A DNA stretch of 64,000 bases from the human T2T-CHM13v2.0 reference genome, Homo sapiens. The notes beneath the pieces were generated by a model, which did no database searches, was not told where the DNA came from, and worked only from the letters and a program-made list of their open reading frames with translations. The stretch is taken from NCBI RefSeq assembly GCF_009914755.1, contig NC_060934.1; one strand, written 5' to 3'. Made by a program: the position numbers and the translations under genes. Of the stretch, positions 1 through 15,060 are shown one piece after another (positions within the stretch are counted from its first letter, which is position 1; every line of letters begins with the position of its first letter).

Positions 1-3000
1 GGAATGGAATGGACTCGAATGGAAGGGAATGGAATTTAATAGAATGGACCCAATGGGATGGAATCTAATGGAGTGGAATGGAATGGACTCGAATGGAATG
101 GAATGGATTGGAATCAAATGCTATGGAATGCAATGGAATGGACTGGAAAGGAATGGCATAGAATTGACTTGAATGGAATTGAATGGAATGGACACGAATG
201 GAACAGAATAGGATGGACTCCAGTGGAATGGTGTGGAACGGAATGGACACGAATGGAATGGAGTGGAATAGACTCAAATGGAATGGAACTGAAGGGACAT
301 GATTTGTATGGAATGTAGTGGAATAAATTGGATTCGAATGGAATGGAAAGGAATCGAATGGTCTCGGATGGAATGGAATGGAATGGAATGAAATGGTTTG
401 GAATGGACAGAAATGGAAGGGAATGGATAGGACCAGAAAGGAATGGAATGGAATGCAGTGGACTCGAATGGAATGAAATGGAATGGAACCTATTCGAATG
501 CAATGGAATGGAATGGTCACGAATGGAATGAAATGGAATGGAAAGGACTCAAATGGAATGGAATGGAATGGAATGGACTCAAATGAAATACAACAGAATT
601 GAATGAAATGGACTCTAATGGAATGTAATGTTGTGGACTTGAATGGAATAAAATGGACTTTACTCAAATGGAATGGAATGAAATTGAATGGACTCGAACT
701 GAATGGAATGGAATGGATGCGAATGGAATGAAATGGAATTGAATCGACTCGAAGGGATTGGAATGCAAAGCAATGGAATGGACTCGAATGGATTGGAATG
801 GAATTGACTCGAATGGAATTGAATGGATTGGACCTGAATGGCATGGAATGGAATGCAATGGAATGGAATCAAATGGAATGGAATGGAATCAAATCGAATG
901 GAATGGTATGGATTCGAATGGAATGGAATGCAATGTACTTGAATGAAATGTGTTGGAATGGAATGGACTCGACTGGAAAGGGATGGAATGTAACCAAATG
1001 GTATAGAATGGAATGCAATGGACTCGAATGAAATGGAATGGAATGGACTCGAATGGAATGGAATAGGATGGAACAGATTTAAATGTAATAGAAGAGAATG
1101 GACTCTAATGGAATGGAGAGAAATGGAATGGACTCGAATGGAATGGAGTGCATGGGAAACGAATAGATGGAATGGAAATGAATGGACTCGAATGGAATTG
1201 AATGTAACGGAATGGAATGTAATCGAATGGAATGGAAGGTAATGGAATGTAATTTATGCGAATGGAAAGGAATGGAATGGAATGAAATGGAATGGAATCG
1301 AATGGCATTGAATGGCATGGAATAGAATGGAATGGAATGGAATGGAGTGGAATCGACTGGAATGGAATGGAATGAAATGGAATAGAATGGCCTTGAATGA
1401 CATAGAATGGAGTGGAATGGAATGGAATGGAAAGGAATGGATTCGAAGGGAATGGAATGAAATGGACTCGAATGGAATGGAATGGACTAGAAAGGAAGGG
1501 CATGTAATGTAATAGTATGGACCCTAATGGAATGGATTCCAATGTAATGGAATCGAATGGAATTGAATGGAACGGAATTGACTCGATTGGAATGGAACAC
1601 AATGGAATGGACTCGAATGGAATGGAATGGAATGGACTTGAGTAGAAAGGAATTGAAAGGAATGGACACGAATGGAATAGAATGTGATGGACTCGAATGG
1701 AATGGTGTTGAATGGAATGGACTTTAATGGAATGGAGTGTTATGGACTCGAATGGATTGGAATTGAATGGACTCTTCCGGAATGGAATGGATTGGAATGA
1801 AATGGACTAGAATGGAATGGAATGGAATGGAACAGAACAGAATGAATTGGAATGGAATGGAACGGACTCGAATGGAATGGAATGGAATGAAATGGAATAG
1901 AATGTACTGCAATGGAATGGAGTGGAATGGAACAGACTCCAATGGATTGGAATGGAATGGATTCGAATTGAATAGAAAGGAATGGAAAGGAATGGACTTG
2001 AATGGAATGGAATGGAATGGCATAGAATCCAAAGGAGTGGACTGGAATGGACAAGAATGTAACGGCGTGGAATGAAATGGAATGGAGTTGAATGGAATGG
2101 ACCCGAATGTATGCCATGGAATCAAATGGAATCGACTCGAACAGAATGGAATGGAATGGAATGGACTGGGATGGAATGGAATGCAATGGAATGGTGTGGA
2201 ATGAAAAGGAATGGTATGGAATGGACTGAAACGGAATGGAATGGAATTGAATGGACTCAAAAGGAATGGAATTGAATGGAATTCAATGGAATGGAATGGA
2301 CTCGAAAGGAATCGAATTGAATGGAATGCAAAGGCATTCAATGGAATGGAATGGAATGGAAGGGAATGGATTGGACTCGAATGGAATGGAGCGGAATGGG
2401 CTCGAATGGAAAGAAATAGAATGGACTCGAATGGAATGGAATGGGATGGAACAGATTCACATGTAATAGAAGAGAATGGACTCGCATGGACTGGCGTGGA
2501 ATGGAATGGATTCGAATGGAATGGAGTGCAATGGAAACGAATAGAAAGGAATGGAAATGAATGGACTCGCATGGAATGGAATGTAACAGAATGGAATGTA
2601 CTCGAATGGAATGGAAGGTAATGGAATGGAATTTATTCGAATGGAAATGAATGGAATGGAATGGAATGGAATAGAATAGAATGGAATAGAAAGGAATGGA
2701 ATGGAATGGAATGAAATGTAATGGACTGGACTTAAAATGGAATAGAATGGAATGGAATGGAAAGGACTAGAAGGGAATGGAATGGAATGGACACGAATGG
2801 AATGGAATGGACTCGAAAGGAAGGGGATGGAATGTAATAGAATGGACTCTAATGGAAGGGAATCTAATGGAATTCAATGGACTTGAATGGAATGGAATGG
2901 AATGGACTCGAATGGAATGGAATGCAATCAAATGGACTCAAATGGATTGGAATGCAATTGAGTAGAAAATAATTGAATGTCATGGACTAGAATGTAATAG

Positions 3001-6000
3001 AATGTAATGGTCTCCAGTGGAAAGTAGTCGAATGGAATGGACTCATATGGAATGCAGTGGAATGGACTTGAATGGAATGGAATTGAATGGACTCGATTGG
3101 AATGGAAGATATTCTAATGAAGTGGGCTCCAATGTTATGGAATTGAGTGATCTCGATTGGAATGGAATAGATTCTAAGAAATGGACTAGAATGGAATGGA
3201 ATCGAATGGACCAGAACCGAATGAGTTGGAATGGAATGGAATGTAATTGAAAGGAATGGAATGGAATGGAATGGAATGTCCTCAAAAGGAATTGAATGGA
3301 ATGGAACGGATTCGAATGGAATGGAATGGAATGGACTCGAATGGAATAGAAAGAATGGAAAGAATAGACTTGAACAGAATGGAATGGAATGGCATATACT
3401 CGAATGGAATGGATCTGAATGTAATGTCATGGAATCAAATGAAACGGACTCGAATGGAATGGAATGGAATGGAATGGAATGGACTGGAATGGAATGGAAT
3501 TGAATGATATGGAAGGGAATGGAATGAAATGGAATGGACACAAACGGAATGGAATGGTATTGAATGGACTCGAAAGAAATGGAATTGAATGGAATGCAAT
3601 GGAATTGAATGAAATGCACTCAAACGGAATGGAATTGTATTGAATGTACTCGAAAGAAATGGAATTGAATGGAATGCAATGGAATTGAATGGAATGCAAT
3701 GGAATGGACATGAAAGGATTGGAATGCAGTGGAATGGACTCAAATGGAATGTAATGGAATGGAATGGAATGGACTCGAATGGATTGGTATGTAGTGGAAT
3801 GTACTCGAATGGAATGGAATGGAATGGACTCTAATGGAATGGAATGGAGTCAACTCTAATAGAATAGATTGGAATGGAATGGACTCAAGTGGAATGGAAT
3901 GGGATGGAATGGAATGGAATAGAATGCAATGGAATGGACTCAAGTGGAATGGTATGGAATCGACAGGACTCGATAGGATTGTAAAGGAATGGAATGGTAT
4001 GGTCTCGAATGGAATGGAATGGAATGGAATAAACTCGGTTGGAATGGAATGGCCTCGAAAGGAATGGAATGGAATTGAAACGACGTGAGTGGAATGGAAT
4101 GGAATGAAATGGACACGAATGTAACGTAATGGAATGGAATGGAAAGGAATGGAATGGACTTGAGTGGAATTGAATGGAATGAAATGGACACGAATGTAAC
4201 GTAATGGAATGGAATGGAAAGGAATGGAATGGACTTGAATGGAATAGAATGGAAGTGACTTGAAAGGAATGGAATGGAATGGAATGGAATGGAAAGGAGT
4301 TGAATGGAATAGAATGTAATGGACTGCAATGGAATGGAATGGAAGGGACTCGAATGGAATTGAATGGAGTGGAATGGACTCGAATGGATTGGAATAGAAT
4401 AGAAGGGATTCGAACGGAATGGAATGGAATGTACTCGAATGAAATGTGTTGGAATGGAATGGCTCGAATGGAATGGAATGGAATGGACTCAAATGGTATC
4501 AAATGGAATGGAATGGACTGGAATGGAATGAAGTGGAATGGACGTGAATGGAATGTAATGGACTTGAATGGAACGGAAAGGAATGGACCCGAAAGGAATA
4601 AAACGGAATAGAATGGAATGAAGTAGAATGGAATGGAATGGACTCGAATGGAATAGAAAGGAATGCAATCGAATGGAATGGGGTGGAATGGAATGGTCTT
4701 GAATGAAATGGACATGAATGCAATGGAATGGACTTGAATGGAATGGAAAGGAATGCACAAGAATGGAATGGAATTGAATGGAATGGATTGGAATGGAATG
4801 GAATGGAATGGAATGAAATGGAGTGGAATGGACTTGAATGAAATAGTATGGAATGGAATGGAATGGACTCGAAGGGAATCGAATGGAATGGACTTGAATG
4901 GAATAGAATGGAATGGAATCAAAAGGAATTTTGTGGAATGGAATGGACTATAATGGTATGGAATGGAAGGGACTCGAATGGAATGGAATGGACTCGAATA
5001 GAATGGAATGGAACGGACCAGATTGGAATGTACTGGAATGGAATGGAATGGAATGTACTGGAATGGAAAGGAATGGAATGGACTTGAATGAGAGAGTATG
5101 GAATGGAATGGAATGGACTCGAAGGGAATGCAATGGAATGGACTCGAAGGGAATGCAATGGAATTGACTCGAATGGAATGCAATGGACTCGAATGGAATG
5201 GAATGGAATTTAATTGAATGGACTCTAATGGAATGGAATCTAATGGAATCGAATGGAATGGACACTAACTGAATAGAATGGAATGGACTCTAATAGAATG
5301 GAATGCAATGGAATAGACTTGAAAGGAATGGAATGTCATGGATTTGAATGGAATGGAAAGGAATTGAATTGTCTCAAAAAGAATGGAGTGGAATGCCATG
5401 CAATGGACGCGAATGGAATGGAATAGAATTGACTGGAAGGGAATAGAATGGAATGGACCCGAATGGAATGTAATGGAAACGAATGGACTCGAATTAAATG
5501 GAATGGAATGTGCTAGAATCAAATGGAATGGAATTGAATGATCTCAAAAGGAATGGTATGGAATGCAATGCAAAGGGATTGAAAGGAAAGGAAAGGAACT
5601 CACCCGAAGAGAATAGAATAGAATGGACCTGAATGGAATGGAATGGAATCGAATGGACTAGAGTGGAATGAAATTTATTTGAATGGACTCTGATAGATTG
5701 GAATGGAGTGAAATGGAAAGGACTTGAAGGGGAAGGAATTGAATGGACTGGAATGGAAAGGAATGGAATGGTATGGACTCGAACGGAATGGAATGGAATA
5801 GACTCGAATGGAATACAAATGAATGGACTCGAATAAAATGGAATAGAATGGAAGGGAATGGAATCGAATGGAATGTAATGTAATGGACTCGAATGGAATG
5901 GAATGGACACAAAGGGAATGGAATGGAATGGAATGGACTTGAATCGAACGGAATGTAATGTTATGGAGTGGACTAGAGTGGAACGGAATGAAATGGAGTC

Positions 6001-9000
6001 GAATGGATTTGCATGGCATGTAATGGACCTGAATGGAATGGAATGGAATTTAATGGAATAGAATAGAATGGAATGGACTCGAATGGAATTGAATGGAATT
6101 GAATGGACTCGAAAGGAATGAAATTGAATGGAATGGAATGGTCTCGAATTTAATGGAATGGCATGGACTTGAATGGAATGGAATGGACTCGAAAGGAATG
6201 GAATGGAATGGAAACTAGAGTGGACTGGAATGGAATGGACTCGAATTGAATGGAAAGGAATGGACCCGAATGGAACGGAACGGAATGGAATGGAATGGAA
6301 CGGAATGGAATGGAAAGATGTGGAATGGAATGGACTTGAATGGAATAGAATGGAATGGAATGGAATCAAAAGGAATTGAAAGGAACGGACACGAATGGAA
6401 TGGAATGGACACAAACGGAATGGAATGGAATGGAATGTACTCGAATGGAATACAATGGAATTCAATGGAATGGACTCTAATGGAATTGAATGGAATGGAC
6501 TCTAATGGAATAGAGTGGAATGCACTTGAATGGAACGGAATGGAATGGAATTGAATGTACTCGAAAAGCATGTAATGGAATGCAATGGAATGGAATCAAA
6601 TGGAACGGAATGGAAGGGACTCGAATGGAATGGAATGCAATGGAATGGACTCAAATGGAATGGAATGGAATGGACTCGAATGGAATGGAATGCAATGGAA
6701 TGGACTCAAATGCAGTGGAATGGAATTGACTCGAATGAAATTGAATGGAATGGACACAAATGAAATGGAATGAATTCAATGGACTCAAATAGAATGGAAT
6801 GCAGTGGCATGTGCACGAATGGAATGGAATTGGATGGAATGAATTCGAACGGAATTAAAAGGAATTGACTCGAATGAAATGGGTGGGAATGGAGTGGATT
6901 CGAATGGAAAGGAATGCAATGGACGCAAATGGAAGTGAATTGAATGGATTCAAATGGAAGAGAATGCAATGGTATGGGCTGGAAGGGAATGCAATGGAAT
7001 GGAATGGAAGGGAATGGACTCGAATGGAATGGAATGGCATGGACTGGAATGGAATGCAAGGAATGGAATGGAATGGGATGGAATGGCCTTGAATGTCATG
7101 GAATGGACTCGAATGGAATGGAATGTAATGGACTGGAATGGAAAGCAATGGAATGGAATGGAATGGGATAGAATGGCCTTGAATGTCATGGAATGGACTC
7201 GAATGGAATGGAATGTAATGGACTGGAATGGAAAGCAATGGAATGGAATGGAATGGGATGGAACGGACTAGAATGGAAAGGAATGGAAGGGACTCAAATG
7301 GAATAGAATGGAAGGGAATGGACTGGAATGGAATGCAATGGAATGGAATCGAATGGAACGGAATGGGCTCAAAAGGAATGGAAAGGAATTGAATGGAATG
7401 GAGTGGAATGGAATGGACTTGAATGGAATGGCCTTGAATGCAAAGGAATGGACTCGAATGGAATGGAATGTAATGGAATGAAATGGACCCGAATGGAATG
7501 GAAAGGACTTGAAAGGAGTGGAATCAAGCAGAATGCGATGGACTTGAATGGAATAGAAAGGAAAGGAATGGAATGGAAGGGACTCGAAGGGAATTGAATG
7601 GAATGGGCTTGAATGGAATGGAATGGTCTCGAATGGAATGGAATGGAATTTAATGGAATGGACTCTAATGGAATGGAATGCAATGGAATGGACTGAAATG
7701 GAATGGAATGGAATGGAATTGAATGGGAAGAACTGGAATGGAATGGAATGAAGCAGAATGGAATGGACTTGAATGGAATAGAATGGAATGGATTAGAATG
7801 GAAGGGACTAGAAAGGAATGGAATTGAATGGACTCGAATGGAATGGAATGGACTCGAATGGAATGGAATGGAATTTAATGGAATGGACACTAATGGAATG
7901 GAATCTAATGGAATTGAATGAAATGGACTCGAATGGAGTACAATGGAATTGACTCGAATGTAATGGAATGCAATGGAAAGGACAGAAATGGAATGGAATG
8001 GAATGGACTCAAACGGAATAGAGTGGAATGGACTCGAATGGAATGGTGTGGAATGGAATGGACTCGAATGGAATGGAGTGGAATAGACTCGAATGGAATG
8101 GAATTGAGTGGACTCGGTTGGAATGTAATGTAATGTAATGGAATGGTCTCAAATGAAATGCAATGGAGTGGAATGGACTTGAATGGAATGGAATGGAATG
8201 GACGCGAATGGAGTTGAATGGAATGGAATGGACTCGAATGGAATCTAATTGAATGGAATGGAATGGAATGTATTCGAATGGAATACAGCGGAATTGAATG
8301 GAATGGAATCTAATGGAATGGAATGGAGTGGACTCAAATGGAATAAAAAGGAATGGACTCGAATGGAATGTATTGCAATGGAAATGACTCGAATGGAAGG
8401 GAATGGAATGGATTCGAATAGAATGTAATGGAATTCAATGGACTCGAAATGATTGGAATGGAATGTGATGGAATTGACTCAAATGGAATTGAATGGAATT
8501 GACTCGAATGGAATTGAATGGATTGGAGCCTAATGCAATGGAATGGAATCGAATAGAATTCAATGGAATGGAATGGACAGGTTCGGAATGGAATGGAATG
8601 GAATTGAATGGACTCGAGTGGAATGGGTTGGGAAGGAATGGTCTCGAATGGAATGGAATGGAAATGACTCAAAAGGAATAGCATGGAATGGAATGGACTC
8701 GAATGCAGTGGAATGGAATGGAATCAAATGGAATGGAATGGAATCGAATGGAATGGTATGGAATGGAATGTACTCGAATTGAATGGAATGTAGAGGAAGA
8801 GAATGGAGTCGAATGGAATGGAATGTAATGGAATGAAACGGAATCGAATGGAATGGAAACGAAAGGAATGGTATGGAATGGAATGGAATGGAATTTAAAT
8901 GGAATGGACTCAAACGGATTGCAGTTGAACTGAATTGACTTGAAAGGAATGGACAGGAATGGAATGGAATGGAATAGACTCGAATGGAATGGAATGCTGT

Positions 9001-12000
9001 GGACTCGAATGGAATGGAATTGACTCAAATGGAATGGAATCGACTCGAACGGAATGAAATGGGTAGGAATTTACTCGAATGAAATGGAATGGAATGGAAT
9101 GGAATGGACTCAAATGGAATGGAATGGAATGGAATGGACTCGAATGGAATGGAATGGAATGGAATGGACTCAAATGGAATGGAAAGTAGTGGAATGGACT
9201 CGAATGGAATGGAATGGAATAGTACAGATGCGAACGGAATGGAATGGAATGTATTCCAATGAAATTGGTTAGAAAGGAATGGACTCGAATGGCATGGAAT
9301 GGAAAGGACTCAAATGGTATCGAATGGAATGGAATTGTCTGGAACATAAAGAAATGGCATGAACTCGAATGGAATGGAATGGACTCGAATGGAATGGAAT
9401 GGAATGGATTGGACTCAAATGGAATAGAACGGAATGGAATGGAATGTACTGGAATGGAATGGAATCAAATGGAATGGAGTAGAATTGTATGGACTCGAAT
9501 GAAATGGACACGAATGCAATGGAATGGACTCGAATGGAATGGAAAGGAATGGACCCGAATGGAATGGAATGGAATGGAATGGACTAGAATGGAATGGACT
9601 CGAGTGGCATGGAGTGGAATGGAATCAAATGAAATGTAATGGAATTGAATGGACTTGAATTGAACGGAATGAAATGTTATGGAATGGACTAGAATGGAAT
9701 GGAATGAGTGGAATGAAATGGAGTCGAATGGAATTGAATGGAATGGAATGCATTCGAATGAAATGGAATGGAATGGACACGAATGGAATGTAATGGAATG
9801 GAATCGAATAGACTCAAAAGGAATGGAATGGTATGGTATTGAATGGAATGGAATGGAATGGACTAGGATGGAATGGAATGGATTCGAAAGGAATGGAATG
9901 GAATTGAAATGAAGTGTCTGGAATGGAATGGAATGGAATGGACACGAATGTAAAGGAACGGAAAGAAATGGACTCGAATGGAATGGAATGGAATGGACCT
10001 GAAAGGATTGGAATGGAATGGAAAGGAGTCGAATGGAATTGAATATAATGGACTGGAGTGGAATGGAATGGAATCTAATGGAATGGACTCGAATGGAATG
10101 GACCCGACTGGAATGGAATGTACTGGAATGGAATGGAATGATGTGGAATGGAATGGAATTGAATGGAATAGAATGCAATGGACTTGAAAGGAATGGAATG
10201 GAATGGACTTGAATGGACACGAATTGAATGGAAGGGAATAGAATGGACTCAAATGGAATACAGTGGAATTTAATGGAATGGAATGGACTCTAATGGAATG
10301 GAATCGAATGGGCTATAATGGAATGGAATGGAATGGAATGGACACGAATGGAATAGAATGGAATGGTCACCAATGGAATGGAATGCAATGGAAAGGACTC
10401 GAATGGAATTTAATGGAATTGAATGGTCTCTAAAGGAATGGAATGGAATGCAATGGAATGGACTCGAAAGGAATGGAATGGAATTGATTCTAACAGAATT
10501 GAATGGAATGGAACCGAAAGGAATGGATTGGAATGGAATGGACTCGAATGGAATGGAATGGATTGGAATGCACTCGAATGGAATGTAATGTAATGGAGTG
10601 CAATCGAATGGACTCGAATGGAACAGAATGGAAAGGACTCAAATCGAATAGAATGGAATGGAATGGACTCGAATGGAATGGAATGGAACTGACACGAATG
10701 GAATGTAATCGAATGGAATGGAAATGAATGGAATGGAAAGGAATGAAATGGAATGGTAAGCTATGGAAAGGAATGGACTTGAATGGAATAGAATGGAATG
10801 GAATCGAATCGAATCAAATGGATTGGAAAGGATACGAATGCAATGGAATGCAATGGAATGGAACGGAATGGAAAGGATTGGAATGGTATGTAATGCAATG
10901 GAATGGAATGGACATGAATGTAATAGAATGGAATGGACTCGAATGAAATGGAATGGAATGTACTCCAAAGGAATGGAAAGGATTGGACTATAATGGAATG
11001 GAATTGAATGGACTCAAATGTAATGGAATGATATGGAATGGAAAGGTTTAGAATGGAATGCAATGTAATGGACTCTAATGGAATGGAATGGAATGCAATT
11101 TAATGTACATGAATGGAATGGAATTGACGTGAATGGAATGGAATTGTCTCAAATGGAATGGACATGAATGGAATGGAATGAAAATGAAAGAAATGGACTC
11201 AAATGGAATTGAAAGTAATGGAATGAAATGGACTTGAAAGGAATGGAATGGAATGAATTGGAATGGAAGGGAATGGAATGGAATGGGATGGAAAGGAATG
11301 TAATATAGTGGAATGGAATGGAACAGAATGGAATGGTATGGATGGCAATTTAATGGAAAGGAGTAGAATGGAATGGAATGAAATGGACTTGAAAGGAATG
11401 GAATGGATTGGAATGGCCTCGAATGGAATGGAATAGAGTGGCCTCGAATGGAATGGACTCGAATGGAGTGTAATGGAATGGAATCACTCGAGTGGAATTG
11501 AATGACATTGGATGGAATGCACTTGAATGGCATGGAATGGAATTGAATCGAATGTAACAGAAAGTAATGGACATGAATTTAATGGATTGGAATGGAATGC
11601 AATGGACTCGAATGTAATGGAATGGAACTGAATGGATTCGAATTGAATGGAATGGAATGGAATTGAATGGAATGAAATCGAATGGAAACGAATGAAATGG
11701 ACTCCAATGGAATGGAATGGACTGGAATGGAATGGAATGGAATGGAAGGGAATGGAATGGAATGGAATGGAAAGGACTGGAATGGAGTGGAATGGAATGG
11801 AACGGACTCAAATAGAATGGAATGTAATGGAATTGACTCGAATGTAATGTAATGGAATGGAATAGCTTGGAATGGAATGGAAAGGAAATAAATGGAATAG
11901 AATTGAAGGGAATGGAATGGAATGGACTGGACTGGAATGGAATGGAATGGATTGAAGGAATGGAATGGAATTGAATGGAATGGACTCGAATGGAATGGAG

Positions 12001-15000
12001 TGGAATGGACTCTAATGGAATGGAATGGTCTCGAATAGAATGGAATGGAATGGAAATAACTCGAATGGAATGGAATGTACTAGAATGGAGTGGAATGGAA
12101 TAGAATGCACTTGAATGGAATGCAATGGAATGGACCCGAATTGGATGGAATGGAATGAAAGAAATGGACTCGAATGGAATGGAATTGAATGGAATGTACC
12201 AGAATGGAGTGGAATGGAATGGAATGGACTCGAATGGCATGAAATGTAATGGACCCGAATGGAATGGAATGGAATGGAATGGAATGGAATGGAATGGAAT
12301 GGATTAGAATGGAATGGAATGGAATGGAATGGAATGGACTCGAACGAAATTGAATGGACTCGAATAGAATGGAATGGAATGGACTAGAATGGTATAAAAT
12401 GGAATAGAATGGAATGGACTGGAATGGAATGGAATGGACTCGAATGGTACAAAATGGAAAAGAATGGAATGGACTCGAATCGAATGGACTGGAATGGATT
12501 TGAGTCAAAAGGAATGTAATGGTATGGAAAGGACTCGAACGGAATGGACTCCAATCGAATGGAATGGTCACAAATGGAACGGAATGGAATGGAATGCACT
12601 CGAATGGAATACAATGGAATTTAATGTAATGGCCTCTAATGGAATGGAATGGAATGGACTTCAATGTAATAGAATGGAATAGACTCAGATGGAATGGAAT
12701 GCAACGGAATGGAATGGAATCCATTGGAATTGAATGGACTCGAAGGGAATGGAATGGAATGGAATGGACTAGAATAGAATGGAATGGAATGGACTCGAAT
12801 GGAATGGAATGGACTAGAATAGAATGGAATGGAATGGACTCGAATGGAATGGAATGCAGTGGAATGGACTCGAATGGAATGGAATGGTATTGACTCGAAA
12901 GGATTTGAATGGAGTGAACCCGAGTGGTATGGATTGGAATGGAATGGACTCAAATTGAATGGAATGGAATGGTTTGGGCTCGAATGGAATGGAATGGATT
13001 CAAATGGAATGGAATGGAATGGACTCAAATGGAATAGCATGGAATGGAATGGCCTCGAATGCAATGGAATGGACTTAAATGGAATAGCATGGAATGGAAT
13101 GGACTCGAATGCATTGGAATGGAATGGACTCCAATGGAATGGAATGGACTCGAACGGAATGGAGTGGAATGGACTCTAATGGAATGGAACGGAATTGAAT
13201 TGACTCGAATTTAATGGAATGGAATGGAATGGAATGAACTCGAAAGGAATGGAAAGTAATGGAATGAAATGGACTCGATGGAATGGAATGGAATGGAATG
13301 GATTCAGATGGAATGGAAGGGAATGGAACGGAATGGAATGGAATGGAAGGTTATGGAATCGAATGGAATGCATTTGAATTGAATGGACCCGAGAAGAATG
13401 GAAAGGAATGGAATGGAATGGAATGGAATGGAATGGAATGGAATGGAACTTAATGGAATGAAGTGGACTCGAATGAAATGGAATGGATGCAATGGACTTG
13501 AATGAACTGGAATGGACTCGAATGGAATGGAATGGAATGGAATAGATTGGAGTGGAATGGAATGGAATGCAATGGAAAAGACTCGAATGAAATGGAATGC
13601 AGAGGAATGAACTCGAATGGCATGCAATGTAATGGAATAGACACGAATCAAATGGAATGGAGTGGACTTGAATGGAATGGAATGGAATGGATCTGAAATT
13701 AATGGAACGGAATGGAATGGAATGAAATGGAATGGAATGGAATGGAGAGGAATTGAATGGAGTGGAATGGAATGGAATGGAATGGAATGGAATTGAATGG
13801 ACTCGAATGGAGTGGAATGGAATGGAATGGACTCGAATGGAGTGGAATGGAATGGAATGGACTCAAATAGAATGAAATGGAATGGAACCGATTGGAATGG
13901 AATGCAATGGATTGGAATGGACTGGAATGGAATGGAAAAGTACGGAATGGAATGGACTTGAATGAAATAGAATGGAATGGAATGGAATGGACGGGAATGG
14001 ACTCGAGTGGAAATGAATGGAATTGAATGGAAGGGACTCAAACGAAATGGATTGGAATGGACTCGAATGTAATGGAATGGACTCGAATAGATTGGATTGG
14101 AATGGAATGGTCTCTAATGGAATGGAATGGAATGGACTCAAGTGGAATGGAATGCAATGGACTGGAATGGAATGGAATGGAATGGAATGGAATGGAATGG
14201 AATGGAATGGATTGTTATAGAATGGAATGGAATGGACTGTTATAGAATGGAATGGAATGGAAAGGAATTGACCAGAATGGAATGGACTAGAATGGAATGG
14301 AAAGGATTCGAGTGGAAAGGAATAGAGTAGAAGGCACTCGAATGGAATGGAGTGGAATGGATTTGAATGGAATGGAATGGAATTGAATGGATTCGAGTCG
14401 AACAGAATGTAATGGTATGGAATGGACTCGAGTGGAATGGACTCGAATGGAATGGAATGGACACAAATGGAAGGGAATGGAATGGAATGGACTCGAATGG
14501 AATACAACGGAATTTAATAGAATGGACTCTAATGGAATTGAAAGGAATGGACTCGAATGGAATAGAATGGAATAGACTTGAATGGAATGGAATGCAATGG
14601 AATGGACTCCAATGGAACGGAATGGAATGGAATGCACTCGAATCGAATTGAATGGACTCAAAACGAATGGAATGGAATGGATTCGAATGGAATGCAGTGC
14701 AATGGAATTGACTCGAGTGGAATTGAATGGATTGGACCCGAATGGAATGGATTGGAATGGAATAGACTCGAATTGAATGGAATGGAATGGATTGTGCTAA
14801 AATAGAATGGAATGGAATGGACTCAAATGGAATAGCATGTAATGGAATGGACTCGAATGCAATGGAATGGAATGGGCTCGAATGGAATGGAATGGACTCA
14901 AAAGCAATGTAGTGGAATGGAATCTATTGGAATGGAATGGTATTGAATGGACACGAATGGAATGGAATGTAACGGAACGGAATGAACTCGAATGATATGG

Positions 15001-15060
15001 AATGTAGTGGAATGAAATGGACTCGAATGGAATGGAATGGAATGGAATAGACTCGAATGG
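1..15060. repeat. Human satellite 3 (HSat3/SatIII), diverged (GGAAT)n array with GGACTCGAATG variants; GGAAT on + strand; continues left of the window
   Basis: Continuous GGAAT pentamers punctuated by GGACTCGAAT/GGACTTGAAT/GGACTCAAAT; CATCATC units are absent. Confidence 0.95.
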
